DNA of 64,000 nucleotides from positions 22,754,001-22,818,000 of the forward strand of contig CM106586.1 of assembly GCA_048013815.1 (NCBI GenBank), read 5' to 3'. Numbering within the stretch: position 1 is the stretch's first letter; each line of letters starts with the position of its first letter. Of the stretch, positions 50,259 through 62,000 are shown in pieces. This stretch comes from Setoptus koraiensis. Its lineage: Eukaryota > Animalia > Arthropoda. The position numbers and the translations under genes were made by a program. Below the pieces are notes generated by a model. That model saw nothing but the letters and a program-made list of their open reading frames with translations, was not told the DNA's origin and ran no database searches.

Positions 50259-50626
50259 AGTAAAGGGGTTGTCTCATTTTGGAGACACATTTTTGAGAAA
50301 ATCTTGACCCCGGTATTCTAGGTTTTTCGTAATTTTACCCAAGACCGCGCGACTTTTCTCACTATTTTTCTATTTCACCTTATAGTTCACTGAAAAAGAC
50401 GTCGTTTAGAGCCGAAATTAGCCTTGTATCTCAGCTCTCTCGGGTTGAAACGGGGCCTCAAAGTTGAAATTCTGAGAAAATTGGGCGTGTCTGGTGAACG
50501 AAAAACCAGAAACAGAAATAAACCAGATTTCTGGCTCCACCGGAGAGAGATCTTTCCAACCATACCCTATTTTCAAGAACCGAAGACCAAAAATAAAAAC
50601 ACCCCAAAATGAGACAACCCCTTACT
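50259..50626. mobile_element. MITE-like element (~370 bp) with ~24-bp terminal inverted repeats, possibly Tc1/mariner-derived
   Basis: AGTAAAGGGGTTGTCTCATTTTGG (50259-50282) vs CCAAAATGAGACAACCCCTTACT (50604-50626); TA at both outer ends; non-coding interior; diverged copy near 53310-53500. Confidence 0.65.
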
Positions 50627-50743
50627 AATAAAAAACTTGCCCTGGGAAACAAATAGAAAATCCATTTCGCATATTATAGATCCAAAACCGAGAAAAGTGG
50701 CAATAACCAACATCAAACAACAAAAAATAAAAAATCAAAGATA

Positions 50744-50905
50744 ATGTCCAGGCGAGTCAACGTCAGGTGCCCGCACCATCCAGATGCTATACTTGCAGTG
50801 AATCATCACGCTGGAGGCACCATCTGCCCGGAATGCGGTTATTGTTTTTGGGCCCTACGGGCCCCGTGTGTGAGGTTTCATCGAAATCTGACTGGGGCAC
50901 TATTC
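50744..50905 (+). pseudogene. GTF2B: TFIIB N-terminal zinc-ribbon fragment, frameshifted
   Basis: V.CPHHPDAIL..NHHAGGTICPECG matches the TFIIB zinc ribbon; SDWGTI (cf. SEWRTF) follows in another frame; no cyclin repeats. Confidence 0.7.
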
Positions 50906-50984
50906 GCTACAACACCCCAACGACCGACCAGAAGGCCCTTGGTCCGTTATAGCTATGCCAGCGCCCGACAATCAATTTAACTGA

Positions 50985-51681
50985 TTCACGTTTGCCAACC
51001 CAGTCGTGTCTGTGGCGGGCCAGCAAGTTTTGAGTCACTACTCGGAAAATTCAGTCAGCCAATCAGGCGGTTTGATAGACAGAAACCCAAGACCTTTCTT
51101 TGCCGTGGACGAACTATATTTGATGAAAAAACTATGGATATTGTCATTTCCGTTTGCCCACAGGCAGTGGCATTTTTCGCCGGGGGTTCAGCGCTCTGTA
51201 CCCAAGTTCAACGTAAACGCTCCTGACCTTTACATACCCTTGATGGCGTTTGTCATATATGTGCTCGTCGCCGGTTGTATGCTAGGATTGAAAGATAAGT
51301 TCACCCCCGGACAACTGGTTTTTTTTATCAAGTTCAGCACTTGTGTGTTTTTTAGTAGAAGTCTGCCTACTCATGACACTATTCCACTTTTGCAGTGATG
51401 GATGTTGGTTTAATTTTTTACATTCCATTGCCTTATACGGATATAAATTTGTCCCCATTATTTTATCGATGCTTATCAGTTTATTATTCAAGACAGCTGG
51501 CTATTACATAACAATATTTTATTTAATTCTGGCACTAGGATATTTCATGATAAGGAGTTTTTGGGCAGCGCTGGAGGCCTCGCCAGTCTCGGAGGATCAC
51601 TGGGTCAGAGGATTGCCACCCAAAATTGTAGCATTGCAAGTGATTTTTTCGTTGTTTCATTTGATAATAGCATTTTTTTAA
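50985..51681 (+). pseudogene. YIF1: YIF1-like membrane protein, intron-less, frameshift at T8 run (51319-51326), no clean start
   Basis: FFAVDELYLMKKL.IL.FPF.H..W, NAPDLYIPLMAF..YVL.AG, then in the other frame SSAL..F..EV, YGYKFV, GYY, FMIRS; upstream in-frame TGA at 50982. Confidence 0.72.
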
Positions 51682-52358
51682 CCATGTTGTCCGTGAATAA
51701 CGTTCACCACACCAGGCGGACAACCAGCTCTATTGAGTAGATCCATGAGTATCATTGTAGTTCCTGGGACACGCTCTGATGGTTTCATCAAGTAAGTATT
51801 GCCAGCTACAATAGCTAGTGGGAACATCCATAATGGTATCATAGCTGGAAAGTTGAATGGTGCTATACCGCCACACACACTATGAGAAAATTTGAATTGG
51901 GACTATGTATGTTTACTATAGAATAGATATAAGTTTATTGTATAGATGTTAGCATACAAGTAGACAAAACATACTAATCATGTCTATGGGTTTTGGCACT
52001 GAATTTATAGTGCGAGCCGAACATGATGGCACTTTCTATGATGTGCTGTGATCTACATTAAGGTGTTCTGTAGACATCATTGACATATGATATTTAGCTC
52101 ATTACTCAGGTGTCATGGCTTTGTCTAGACGATATTGTCCAGCTATAGTTAACACATCTGGTTGATATATTATCAACTCTCTAAAGTGATCTTCCATACT
52201 ATAATATGGAAGCAGGCTCATGTTCATGCTACGCATATATGTATTAGTCATAGTCGGTTTGTATTTCTCATACACACCCAGAGGTGCACGGAAAGAATAA
52301 GTGTCCATATTTTTTGAAACGCCACGAACATACAGACCCGCACCCATGGAGGTGATAG
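51678..52358 (-). pseudogene. ALDH6A1: Methylmalonate-semialdehyde dehydrogenase fragment: two exons (~52358-52273, 51879-~51684) with intron retained
   Basis: SITS...GVSKNMDTYSFRAPLGV and [38 protein letters not shown]...[15 protein letters not shown]; the rest of the enzyme was not found in the window. Confidence 0.75.
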
Positions 52359-52747
52359 AACTTTACAATAAACAACGATTAAAAAAAAAAAAACTCAAAC
52401 TTTTCTATGACACCAACAAAATGCTTGCAATAAATTAATGGTTGATTAATCGGTAATTGATTTTCGTAGTTTGTGAGGGTGAACAAGTTAAGACTATTGT
52501 CGGATTTGACTAGAGCGAGTCAAATTGAGGCTCCTTATAGTCGCTCGATCTGGATTCATATCTTGTGTAACGAAAACCATCTCAACTTAATAATAATTTT
52601 ACTATTATTGCACGCCGTACAACTGCATCTAAACATCATTCTACAAATGAAACCTGATGTCGTTTTAGGAATTTCGATCAGCATTTCTTATAGTCCGGCC
52701 CAACTATTCTGGTCGCCTTTCCGGATCACCATCTTTTAGGGCCATTC

Positions 52748-55700
52748 TTATGTGATTCCATTTCTGTGACGGTTTCTCGTTGCCTCAGAAATGTTGTTGT
52801 TTCTCTGGGTTGAATCCGGTGCGCTTGGAAGCGGTGTTGTTTTAGCCACCATCAATCGATTGGACTTTTTAGGTTCCTCTTTAAAATGTTCTTTTAAGAA
52901 TTTCTCTATGGATTTTGAGAGACGTCGGTCTACCTTTGCAGAAGACTCTACAACAGCCATAATGTCCTCTTTGGTTTTACCCTCGTCCGCCAGATCGTGC
53001 CTGTCAAAGAATTCGCTGATCTCCTTCCCAATATGCGTAACCTGTCCTCTTAAGAGCGACCCGATACTCTGAAAATAAATAAAAAACAGAATCATAAAAT
53101 TGTTAGAAAGTTAGCAGCATCAATGGTAATAGTTGCGTCATACTTTCCCAAAAAATGTAATCGGCCGATTGATAATGACACGCAAGTTCATTGTCGTCGA
53201 TTGTTCTCTTGGCGATAAAAGATTTCGCATACTTGGAGAAAGCAACAAATATCAACATACATAAAATCAGTAGAAGTCTAGAAAACCCTGTATAGGCACA
53301 TTCTTACGGTAAAATACGGACTCCAAGTAAAGATTCCGAGAAAAAAGGGTAGGGTAAGCGAGCGACGAACCGGAAACAGAAACGAACTAGATTTCTTGGT
53401 TCACTTGCCTTCCCAGCCATGACCTGCTTCCGAAAACCGAAGCTCCAAAATAAAAGTACCCCGAAACAAGACGATCCCTTGTTAGAATAACAAAGAAATA
53501 AAATTCTATGGATTGGCAGCACTCACCCAAATGATTTTCCTGAGTAGTTCCAGTCCGAATTTTTTCAAAAACTCAAAAAAGTTGTCATCGAGCATCTTCC
53601 AAAGAATCTTTCTGCCTAGCTCCGAGGCGGAAATAGAAATGAGATAGTCGCTTCGTTGGCTGTCGCGAACAGCCTTGCTCATCATCCACTCAATGACTTT
53701 AAGTACTCTGTCGGGTTTTTCCACTTTGGCCATTGAGTAAGCAATTATGTTTTGAGTTTCTTGGAGATCGGTTTGTTTGTACAGCTCAAACAATTTGTTG
53801 AATTGGCTTTCGTCGCCAAACTGCGCTGCCGTATAATATATGACGCCCCTGATGGACGGATCGGCCAGTTGTTTGCCGGAGATGTGCGCCTCAAATCGTC
53901 TGAGTCCCTCCTCGATGGCGGGCTTGTAATTGTCCAATAGGCACGTGAGCAATATTGTCGTTCGGGCGGTTGTTGTGGTGGACGGTTCGCCTGATTTTCT
54001 CTGCCATCCAAAGTCATTGTAGATATGTTCGTACAATTGCCTGCCAAATTCTTTGAATCTGTCCACATAGCCGGAGGTGGCCTTGAGCGCGGCGCCCAGA
54101 TCGGAGTAGACGTCGTCTATCACTTGCCACACGGCTCCGTGATCCTCATTTTTGTAGTATGTGACCATGTTGAGCAGCTCGTCGGCGCCCATTTTGCCCG
54201 CAAATGTCAAACTGAGCGCATCGGTCAACAGATTCATTCTGTCCAAAACGGACAATTGTTTCGATTTGATGGCCGGCAACAGAGCGGCTCTCAAATTTTT
54301 CGAATAGTCGACACAATAGAAGCCACTGAATTGCGGATTTAATTTTATCCACTGGCCGCTATTGTTGACGGTCACCTTGGTGGCGGGGCCCGTCATAATG
54401 CTCGTGTGGCTGACGATTGCGGGATCGTTGCCCGTCACAATGGCCAACGGAATAATCCATCGGGCCTTCCTGTCCTCGCCTGGGGCATACTGGCCGTCGG
54501 CAACAAAGCGCCTCTGGGATATTGTCAGTTCGGTGCTGCGTTCGTCCTGTTTCGACACAGACACCTCCAAACAGGGAAAGCCGGCCTGATTTGTCCACGA
54601 GTGCATCATATCCTTGATTGGCTTGCCGCTGACAAATTCCAGCGCGTCCCAAAGATCGTTGGTGACGGTGTTCTTGTAGGCGTTCTTGCTGAGATAATAA
54701 TGGAGGCCCGCTCTGAAGGCCTGCTCGGTCAGATAGTCGCGCAACAATTTCACCGTTGAAGCGCCCTTAAAATACGAAATGTTGTCAAAAATGTCCTCGA
54801 TCTCTTTTGGGTCGGCCACCGAGGCCTGAATGGGGTGCGTCGAATGCATTGCGTCCTCGGCCAGGGCCGGCGTTTGCGCCTCAATCACAAACTGCACCAT
54901 CATACTGTATTCGGGAAACAGTTCGCCCACAACAAAGAACTCCATGTAGGTGGCGAAGCCCTCGTTGAGCCACAAATCGTCCCACCACGACATGGTGACC
55001 AAATTGCCGAACCACTGATGGGCCAGCTCGTGCGCCACGGTCTGGGCGACCAGGGTGCGCCTATACATGGACGAGTTGTCCTCGTCCACCAGCAACTGAG
55101 TCTCGCGATACGTTATCAGGCCCCAGTTTTCCATGGCGCCCGCCTCGAAATCCGGTATGGCCACCAGATCGAGCTTGCCAAGCGGAAACTCTATCTTGAA
55201 ATAGTCCTCTAAGAAGGGCAAGCATCTCAGCGCGACATGCAGCGCAAATTCGCCCAGCTTGCTCTTGCCCAGGGCCGTGTACACCCGAACTGGGCGGCCC
55301 CGGCTCATGCCTTCGACGTAGTCAAACTCGCCTATGACAAACGCCAGCAAATAGGTGGACATCAGGGGCGTTGTGGCAAACCGAACGGCTCGGCTTCCGT
55401 CGCCCAAATCTAGCTCGTGCACGGCGTGCGTGTTGGCCAGAACGAGCCGATTTTTCGGGGCCACCAGCACTATGTCAAATGTGGCCTTGTAAGCGGGCTC
55501 ATCGAAACAGGGCAACGCCGACCGGGCATCGGTGGCCTGAAACTGAGTGGTGGCGTGATATTTTATCTGGCCCAGGCCGTTTGTGTATTCGCTCCGATAA
55601 AATCCCTTCATGTCGTTCCTCATTGCGCCCCTGTAATTCATGTGCAACCTGCCGGCGCCGTCGCGCAAATCAGAGTCAAGCCGCACCACGGCCACCTGAT

Positions 55701-56361
55701 ATCGTTTGCATATGCAAATCTCTTTCACTCCGATCAGCCTGTTGGTGTTGTCAAAAGGCGAGTACCACGCCTCGATAATGTTTAAATTGTCCACATGCAC
55801 AATTATCTCGTTTTGTTTAATAGACCATCCCTCTCGTTCCGTTGATCGTTCGCTCTCGTTGCGTTTATCGTTGGCTTGTTGGGGCTCCTGTTGGGCCGCT
55901 GATTCGCCATCGTTTTCGCTGCCGGTCAATCTGAGCCGCTCTAGGTTGAGCTCAATCAATTTATCCGTGTTGACATCCAAATCGATGTCTATGGCCGCCT
56001 GAAATGTGAACTTTTCCATATCGGGCTCCATAACTAAATTGTAATGCATGGGCCTGATGTGATCCGGAAGTCTGATATGGTCGTAGCAGGTGTCGTCGTG
56101 ATATATTTTTAAGCTTCTATTATCAATTTGTTGTTGCTTTTGTGAATTGACACTTGTCAATCTGGCATTTTGAATGAGTTGCTCGTTCAACAACAGGCCG
56201 CCCTGCTTCATCACCTCACCTGTTGCCGGTGTCTGCTGACTGGGGGACAGATCCCTATTCAACTGGTGGTGCTGCCATTCGTCTCTGGCTGTCACGCGAC
56301 TTGCAACTATTGTCACCCACAAACAGTGCACAATGCAGTGCAACAATAAAGTCGCTGCCAT
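52748..56361 (-). CDS. NPEPPS: M1 zinc aminopeptidase, puromycin-sensitive aminopeptidase-like, with predicted signal peptide; exons 56361-53527, 53068-52748 (~1050 aa)
   Basis: KGFYRS.Y, TQFQATDAR.A.PCFDEPA.KATF, GAMENWGL, HELAHQWFGNLVTM.WW..LWLNEGFA, YFKGAS; phase-0 GTGAGT..TTTCAG intron supplies the ERAP1_C-like end (KEISEFF...SIEKFL). Confidence 0.88.
53310..53500 (+). mobile_element. Diverged partial copy of the 50.3-50.6 kb MITE-like element, in the aminopeptidase intron
   Basis: Colinear matches, e.g. GAAACAGAAACGAACTAGATTTCT ~ GAAACAGAAATAAACCAGATTTCT and AACCGAAGCTCCAAAATAAAAGTACCCC ~ AACCGAAGACCAAAAATAAAAACACCCC. Confidence 0.6.
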
Positions 56362-59010
56362 GTTGCAATGATAGTGGCTGAATAATTAAATTATAAAAAA
56401 CTGTCTAATTAGTTAGTTGAATCTGTCTTGCCAACAGCCATGATATATGTTACAGGTTGCATGGTTGTGCGCAAGTCACTGTGTAACAGTTACTAGAGCA
56501 CTCATGACACTTTGCATAATTCACCCAAATTGACAATGATGCTGATGTGACAGTGATTCTAAATGGACTAAAATTGGCCGAAATGATGCCAGGGCTGTAG
56601 TGATATAGCACGGTGAACGGTGTGGCGAATGTATAACTTGTTATTTGTGAATTTGCATAACTTGGCTAGCTGCTGTTGATGCTGGCCAGCCACGAACACA
56701 AGCTTCCGGCTCGAATGCAACCAAATTTGATGACTGCCGGCGATCTCGGTAGCACTGCCAGCGACAAATGGTATTGGCTTGTGTTGTTGTTGCTGTTGTT
56801 GTAATTTGAATTATCTGATCAATGAGTTATAAAATAAGTTTTGGCCACTCGGATTGAAAGTCGCACAGCATTGTCACTGATTATTGCTAACATTAGATTT
56901 GGTTTAGCGATGCCAATAGACCACACGGCAACTGATCAAACTAGATAGCAACTCATAAATAAAACGACACATAGTCAGTAACATTTTCAAGTGGCTGATA
57001 TGACGACCAACGTCGAAGCGACAACAACAAAGAGGTGTCGAAGAAATTTACAACAGATCGGAACAGGTAAGTTTATCACGTTGTTTACCACTTGTTGTTG
57101 TACGCTCTCACCGACTTGCCAGTCCATAGTGAGCTCATAATGAGCCCATAGTGCTCAGCGTAGTGTTGGTAGCTCGACGCAACGCCAAGAGGCAAGCAAA
57201 GAATGATGCGTGACAAAAAGACAACCTGTTGCTGAAAACTACAGCAGCTTACATCCGAGAAACAACGTGCCGCACTGACATTGTTCATTGACGTGCAATA
57301 ATTATCGTGATGATGACAATGGTAATGGCTTTTAGATGAATGAAGAGACACTTGAGGAATTCTCTCTGAATGAATAGTATCGCGCTTGCTTAAATGATTG
57401 ATTTCTCCTTTTTATTCTTCGTCTTCTTCTTTGCCGACTACTAGACACTGTCTACTATTGTTGTCATATTGTTTATTGTTTCGAGCCATTCAATCATGGC
57501 ACCAATTAATGCTTGATTAATGATCAGCGAAACATTAGGCGACAAATCGTTGCGTGCCGATCGTTCAGGCCGGAAGTTGAAATTTCTAACAATAAAAAAT
57601 GTATGTTTTGTTTACTGTATCTATAAGAAGAAATTGCTGTATCCACTCATCATCTAGATAATGGATGTTGGTCGGCCATAGAACCACTGTGCATGAGTAC
57701 GCGAGGTAGTTATCATGGGTTTGTTGTGTCAAGATCAACATCCGATCAGAGAAACTAACGAGCGAGCGATACAGTGAGATCATCAATGAAATGGTGAAAA
57801 TCTCAATGCAAAGACACTCTTTTAATTGACAATCGGTGGATTATCAACAAAACGAATCAGCTGCCTTGTTTGTCTACCACTGGCTGACGGATACATGATC
57901 GAATGATCATTAGCTGCCGAAAATATTTATAATAATAATTATTTATCACGGTAGCACGACTAGCTGAATCAGACAATCATTCGTCCGTCATCAGATTGCT
58001 GACGGCATTGTGTAGTAGTAATATGCGACGGCGAGAAATGATTGCTTGCATTAATTTCTATTATCAAAGTGCAAATTACAAAAGTGCTGCCAAACGACGA
58101 TTAGTTATCGTGCATACATGATACATTATTTGAATAAATAGCCGTGCGATTAGAGAAAGAGCGTTAGTGTAGTAGACTTTTTTTCAATTAGCGAAGAGTA
58201 ATCAACTTGTTGATTTCCTCCAACGTCACTCAAATATAAAGAGAGGCCAAGGAGTCATAAGGATGGGAATTGTAAACTCCATATTGTTAAGTAGCAGTCA
58301 ATTGATTGACAACTGCTGCCTGATAACTGATGATGATGCAAAGTTGTTGCCTAACTCTGCGGTCTTTCGCACAACTATTGCTTCATTTCAATTTGCACGA
58401 TTGCGTCGTATAGGACCTTTCATTGTCAACTCATTAAGTTGAATCAATAACATCATGTAATCGTATATATGGCAAGCTCCCTTGCCAATATTTGCTATTG
58501 TTGAATGGTCTATTTATGGCAACGCACACTGTCATCTACGGGACTTATCTCATTGTCTGACTTCTAAGTTGATTGTTCTAGATTTCTGGCAACACTCACC
58601 GACAAACCTTTTGTCTGAGAATTGAAACGAGCGAATGAGTGATATCTCTTGTGGCAACTAAAATAGTAGAAACAAATAGATGTATTCAAATAGTAAAACA
58701 AAGATGCTGCAATTGCGAGGGCGCATCGAAATCCATGGGATTGCAGAAAGAACGTGGCGCCAACAGAAGCAAACTATAAATACGGGCCCACTGGTCCCAG
58801 TGCCTCACTCGATAGATAACTCAGTCCGAACAACTCAACACCTGACAAAACAACAAGTCCGACAAACAATAGTGAAACGTCTTCCCTTCAGTGAATCTGA
58901 ATACTTAGCAGAAAAAATTCAACAAGTCGATGAGACAGAAATTGACAACTCACATTGATAGTAACAGAATTCCATAGTTTCGAGCGGACGAGGAACCCCA
59001 CCATACCAAA

Positions 59011-62000
59011 ATGGTGGAGCACAATTCGAAACGTCTGAGATACAACAGACAGGTGGCCTCATTTTGCATACTGTTGCTCAGTTGTCAATTGGGGCCATCG
59101 AAAAGTTGTGGTGTCTTGGATGCGAAAGCTAAAGCTGAAAAAGCCGCAGCGATTGAGATTTTCACTCAAGTCATAAGCACCTTCGAATGTATGTGTTCAT
59201 TTGTATTTACAAAAATTGCAGAAGGAGCCGTACTATTAGACATAGATGTTGGGTCGATGCTGATGGGTATGGATGCTAAAGTAGAATCCGGCGGGCCACC
59301 TCCGCCTCCGCCATCCACTACACCAGCTCCACCACCACCACCGTCAACTACGCCTGGTCCACCGCCACCACCACCACCAAGTACAACGCCGGCACCTCCA
59401 CCACCTCCACCACCTCCACCAAGCACGACACCGGCACCTCCACCGCCACCACCACCAAGTACTACACCGGCTCCCCCACCACCACCTCCTCCACCAAGTA
59501 CAACACCAGCGCCTCCACCACCTCCACCAAGTACTACACCGGCTCCCCCACCACCACCTCCTCCACCAAGTACAACACCAGCGCCTCCACCACCTCCACC
59601 AAGTACTACACCGGCTCCCCCACCACCACCTCCTCCACCAAGTACAACACCAGCGCCTCCACCGCCACCACCACCAAGTACAACTCCGGCTCCACCACCA
59701 CCACCACCTCCGACTACAACACCGGCGCCGCCACCACCTCCACCACCAAGTACAACACCAGCACCTCCACCACCTCCACCAAGTACTACACCGGCGCCTC
59801 CACCACCACCACCTCCACCAAGTACGACACCAGCGCCTCCACCACCTCCACCAAGTACTACACCGGCTCCACCACCACCTCCTCCCCCTCCAACCACAAC
59901 TCCTGCACCTCCCCCACCTCCACCCGATACAACTCCTGCGCCTCCACCACCTCCTCCACCGAGTACGACACCGGCTCCCCCACCACCACCACCTCCGACT
60001 ACAACACCGGCGCCGCCACCTCCTCCACCGCCGTCCACAACGCCGGCACCTCCACCACCTCCACCACCAAGTACTACACCGGCGCCTCCACCACCACCAC
60101 CTCCACCAAGTACGACACCAGCGCCTCCACCACCTCCACCAAGTACTACACCGGCTCCACCACCACCTCCACCTCCGACTACGACACCCGCTCCCCCACC
60201 ACCACCACCTCCACCAAGTACTACACCAGCGCCTCCCCCACCTCCACCCGACACAACTCCTGCGCCTCCACCACCCCCTCCACCAAGTACGACACCGGCT
60301 CCACCACCACCACCTCCTCCACCGAGTACGACACCCGCTCCCCCACCACCACCTCCGACTACAACTCCTGCACCTCCACCCCCTCCTCCTTCCGGATCTG
60401 AAGAAGGGAAAGAAGAAGAAGAAGAGATAGTAATAATTGTCGAAAAAGGCCATCATGGTGCAAAAAAAGTAGAGAAGCATGGTCACAAACCACCACCTCC
60501 ACCAGATACTACACCGGCCCCACCGCCACCTCCACCTCCTCCAACGACAACGCCGGCACCTCCACCACCTCCTCCACCAAGTACTACACCGGCTCCACCA
60601 CCGCCACCACCACCAAGTACAACTCCGGCTCCACCACCACCTCCTCCTCCTCCAAGCACGACTCCTGCACCTCCACCACCTCCACCGCCGCCGACAACAA
60701 CACCAGCTCCCCCACCTCCACCTCCCACAACCACGCCAGCACCCCCAGCACCTCCACCCGATACAACACCAGCACCTCCACCACCTCCTCCACCAAGTAC
60801 AACACCGGCTCCACCACCACCACCTCCTCCTCCAACCACAACCCCTGCACCTCCCCCGCCGCCACCTCCTCCTCCACCAAGTACTACACCAGCGCCCCCA
60901 CCACCTCCACCAAGTACTACACCCGCTCCTCCACCGCCACCACCTCCTCCACCAAGTACAACACCGGCTCCACCACCACCACCTCCTCCTCCAACCACAA
61001 CCCCTGCACCTCCCCCGCCGCCACCTCCTCCTCCACCAAGTACTACACCAGCGCCTCCACCACCTCCACCAAGTACTACACCGGCTCCCCCACCACCACC
61101 TCCTCCACCAAGTACTACACCAGCACCCCCACCACCTCCACCACCAAGTACAACACCGGCTCCACCACCACCACCTCCTCCTCCAACCACAACCCCTGCA
61201 CCTCCCCCGCCGCCACCACCTCCTCCACCAAGTACTACACCAGCACCTCCACCACCTGAAGGATGCGCAGATGAAGGAGAGATTGTCATAATTGTCGAGG
61301 GTGGACATCATGGAGCGAAGAAGGTGGAGAAGCATGGTCACAAACCTCCACCTCCACCAAGTACTACACCAGCGCCCCCACCACCTCCACCAAGTACAAC
61401 ACCAGCGCCTCCACCTCCTCCACCGCCGACGACAACGCCGGCACCTCCACCACCACCACCTCCACCAACTACTACACCGGCTCCCCCACCACCACCTCCT
61501 CCACCAAGTACGACACCAGCGCCTCCACCACCTCCACCCGACACAACTCCTGCGCCTCCACCACCCCCTCCACCAAGTACTACACCAGCGCCCCCACCAC
61601 CTCCACCAAGTACAACACCAGCGCCTCCACCTCCTCCACCGCCGACGACAACGCCGGCACCTCCACCACCACCTCCACCACCAAGTACAACACCGGCACC
61701 TCCACCGCCACCACCACCAAGTACTACACCAGCGCCTCCCCCACCGCCACCACCTCCACCAAGTACTACACCCGCTCCTCCACCACCACCACCTCCTCCA
61801 CCAACCACAACTCCGGCTCCACCACCACCTCCACCTCCACCAAGTACTACACCGGCTCCACCACCACCTCCACCAAGTACTACACCGGCTCCCCCACCAC
61901 CACCACCTCCACCAAGTACGACACCAGCACCTCCACCACCTCCACCAAGTACTACACCGGCTCCCCCACCACCACCACCTCCGACTACAACACCAGCGCC

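Noticed and set aside
52748-53095. ORF first taken as a fourth captured fragment
   Set aside because: It is the phase-0 last exon of the aminopeptidase.
53527-56361. Bacterial horizontal transfer origin of the GC-rich aminopeptidase exon
   Set aside because: Motifs follow animal PSA rather than PepN, and the gene has a spliceosomal intron.
56700-57360. Splice-like signals (TTTTCAAG 56983, CAG|GTAAGT 57068) suggesting a small gene
   Set aside because: No phase-consistent ORF or homology could be assembled.
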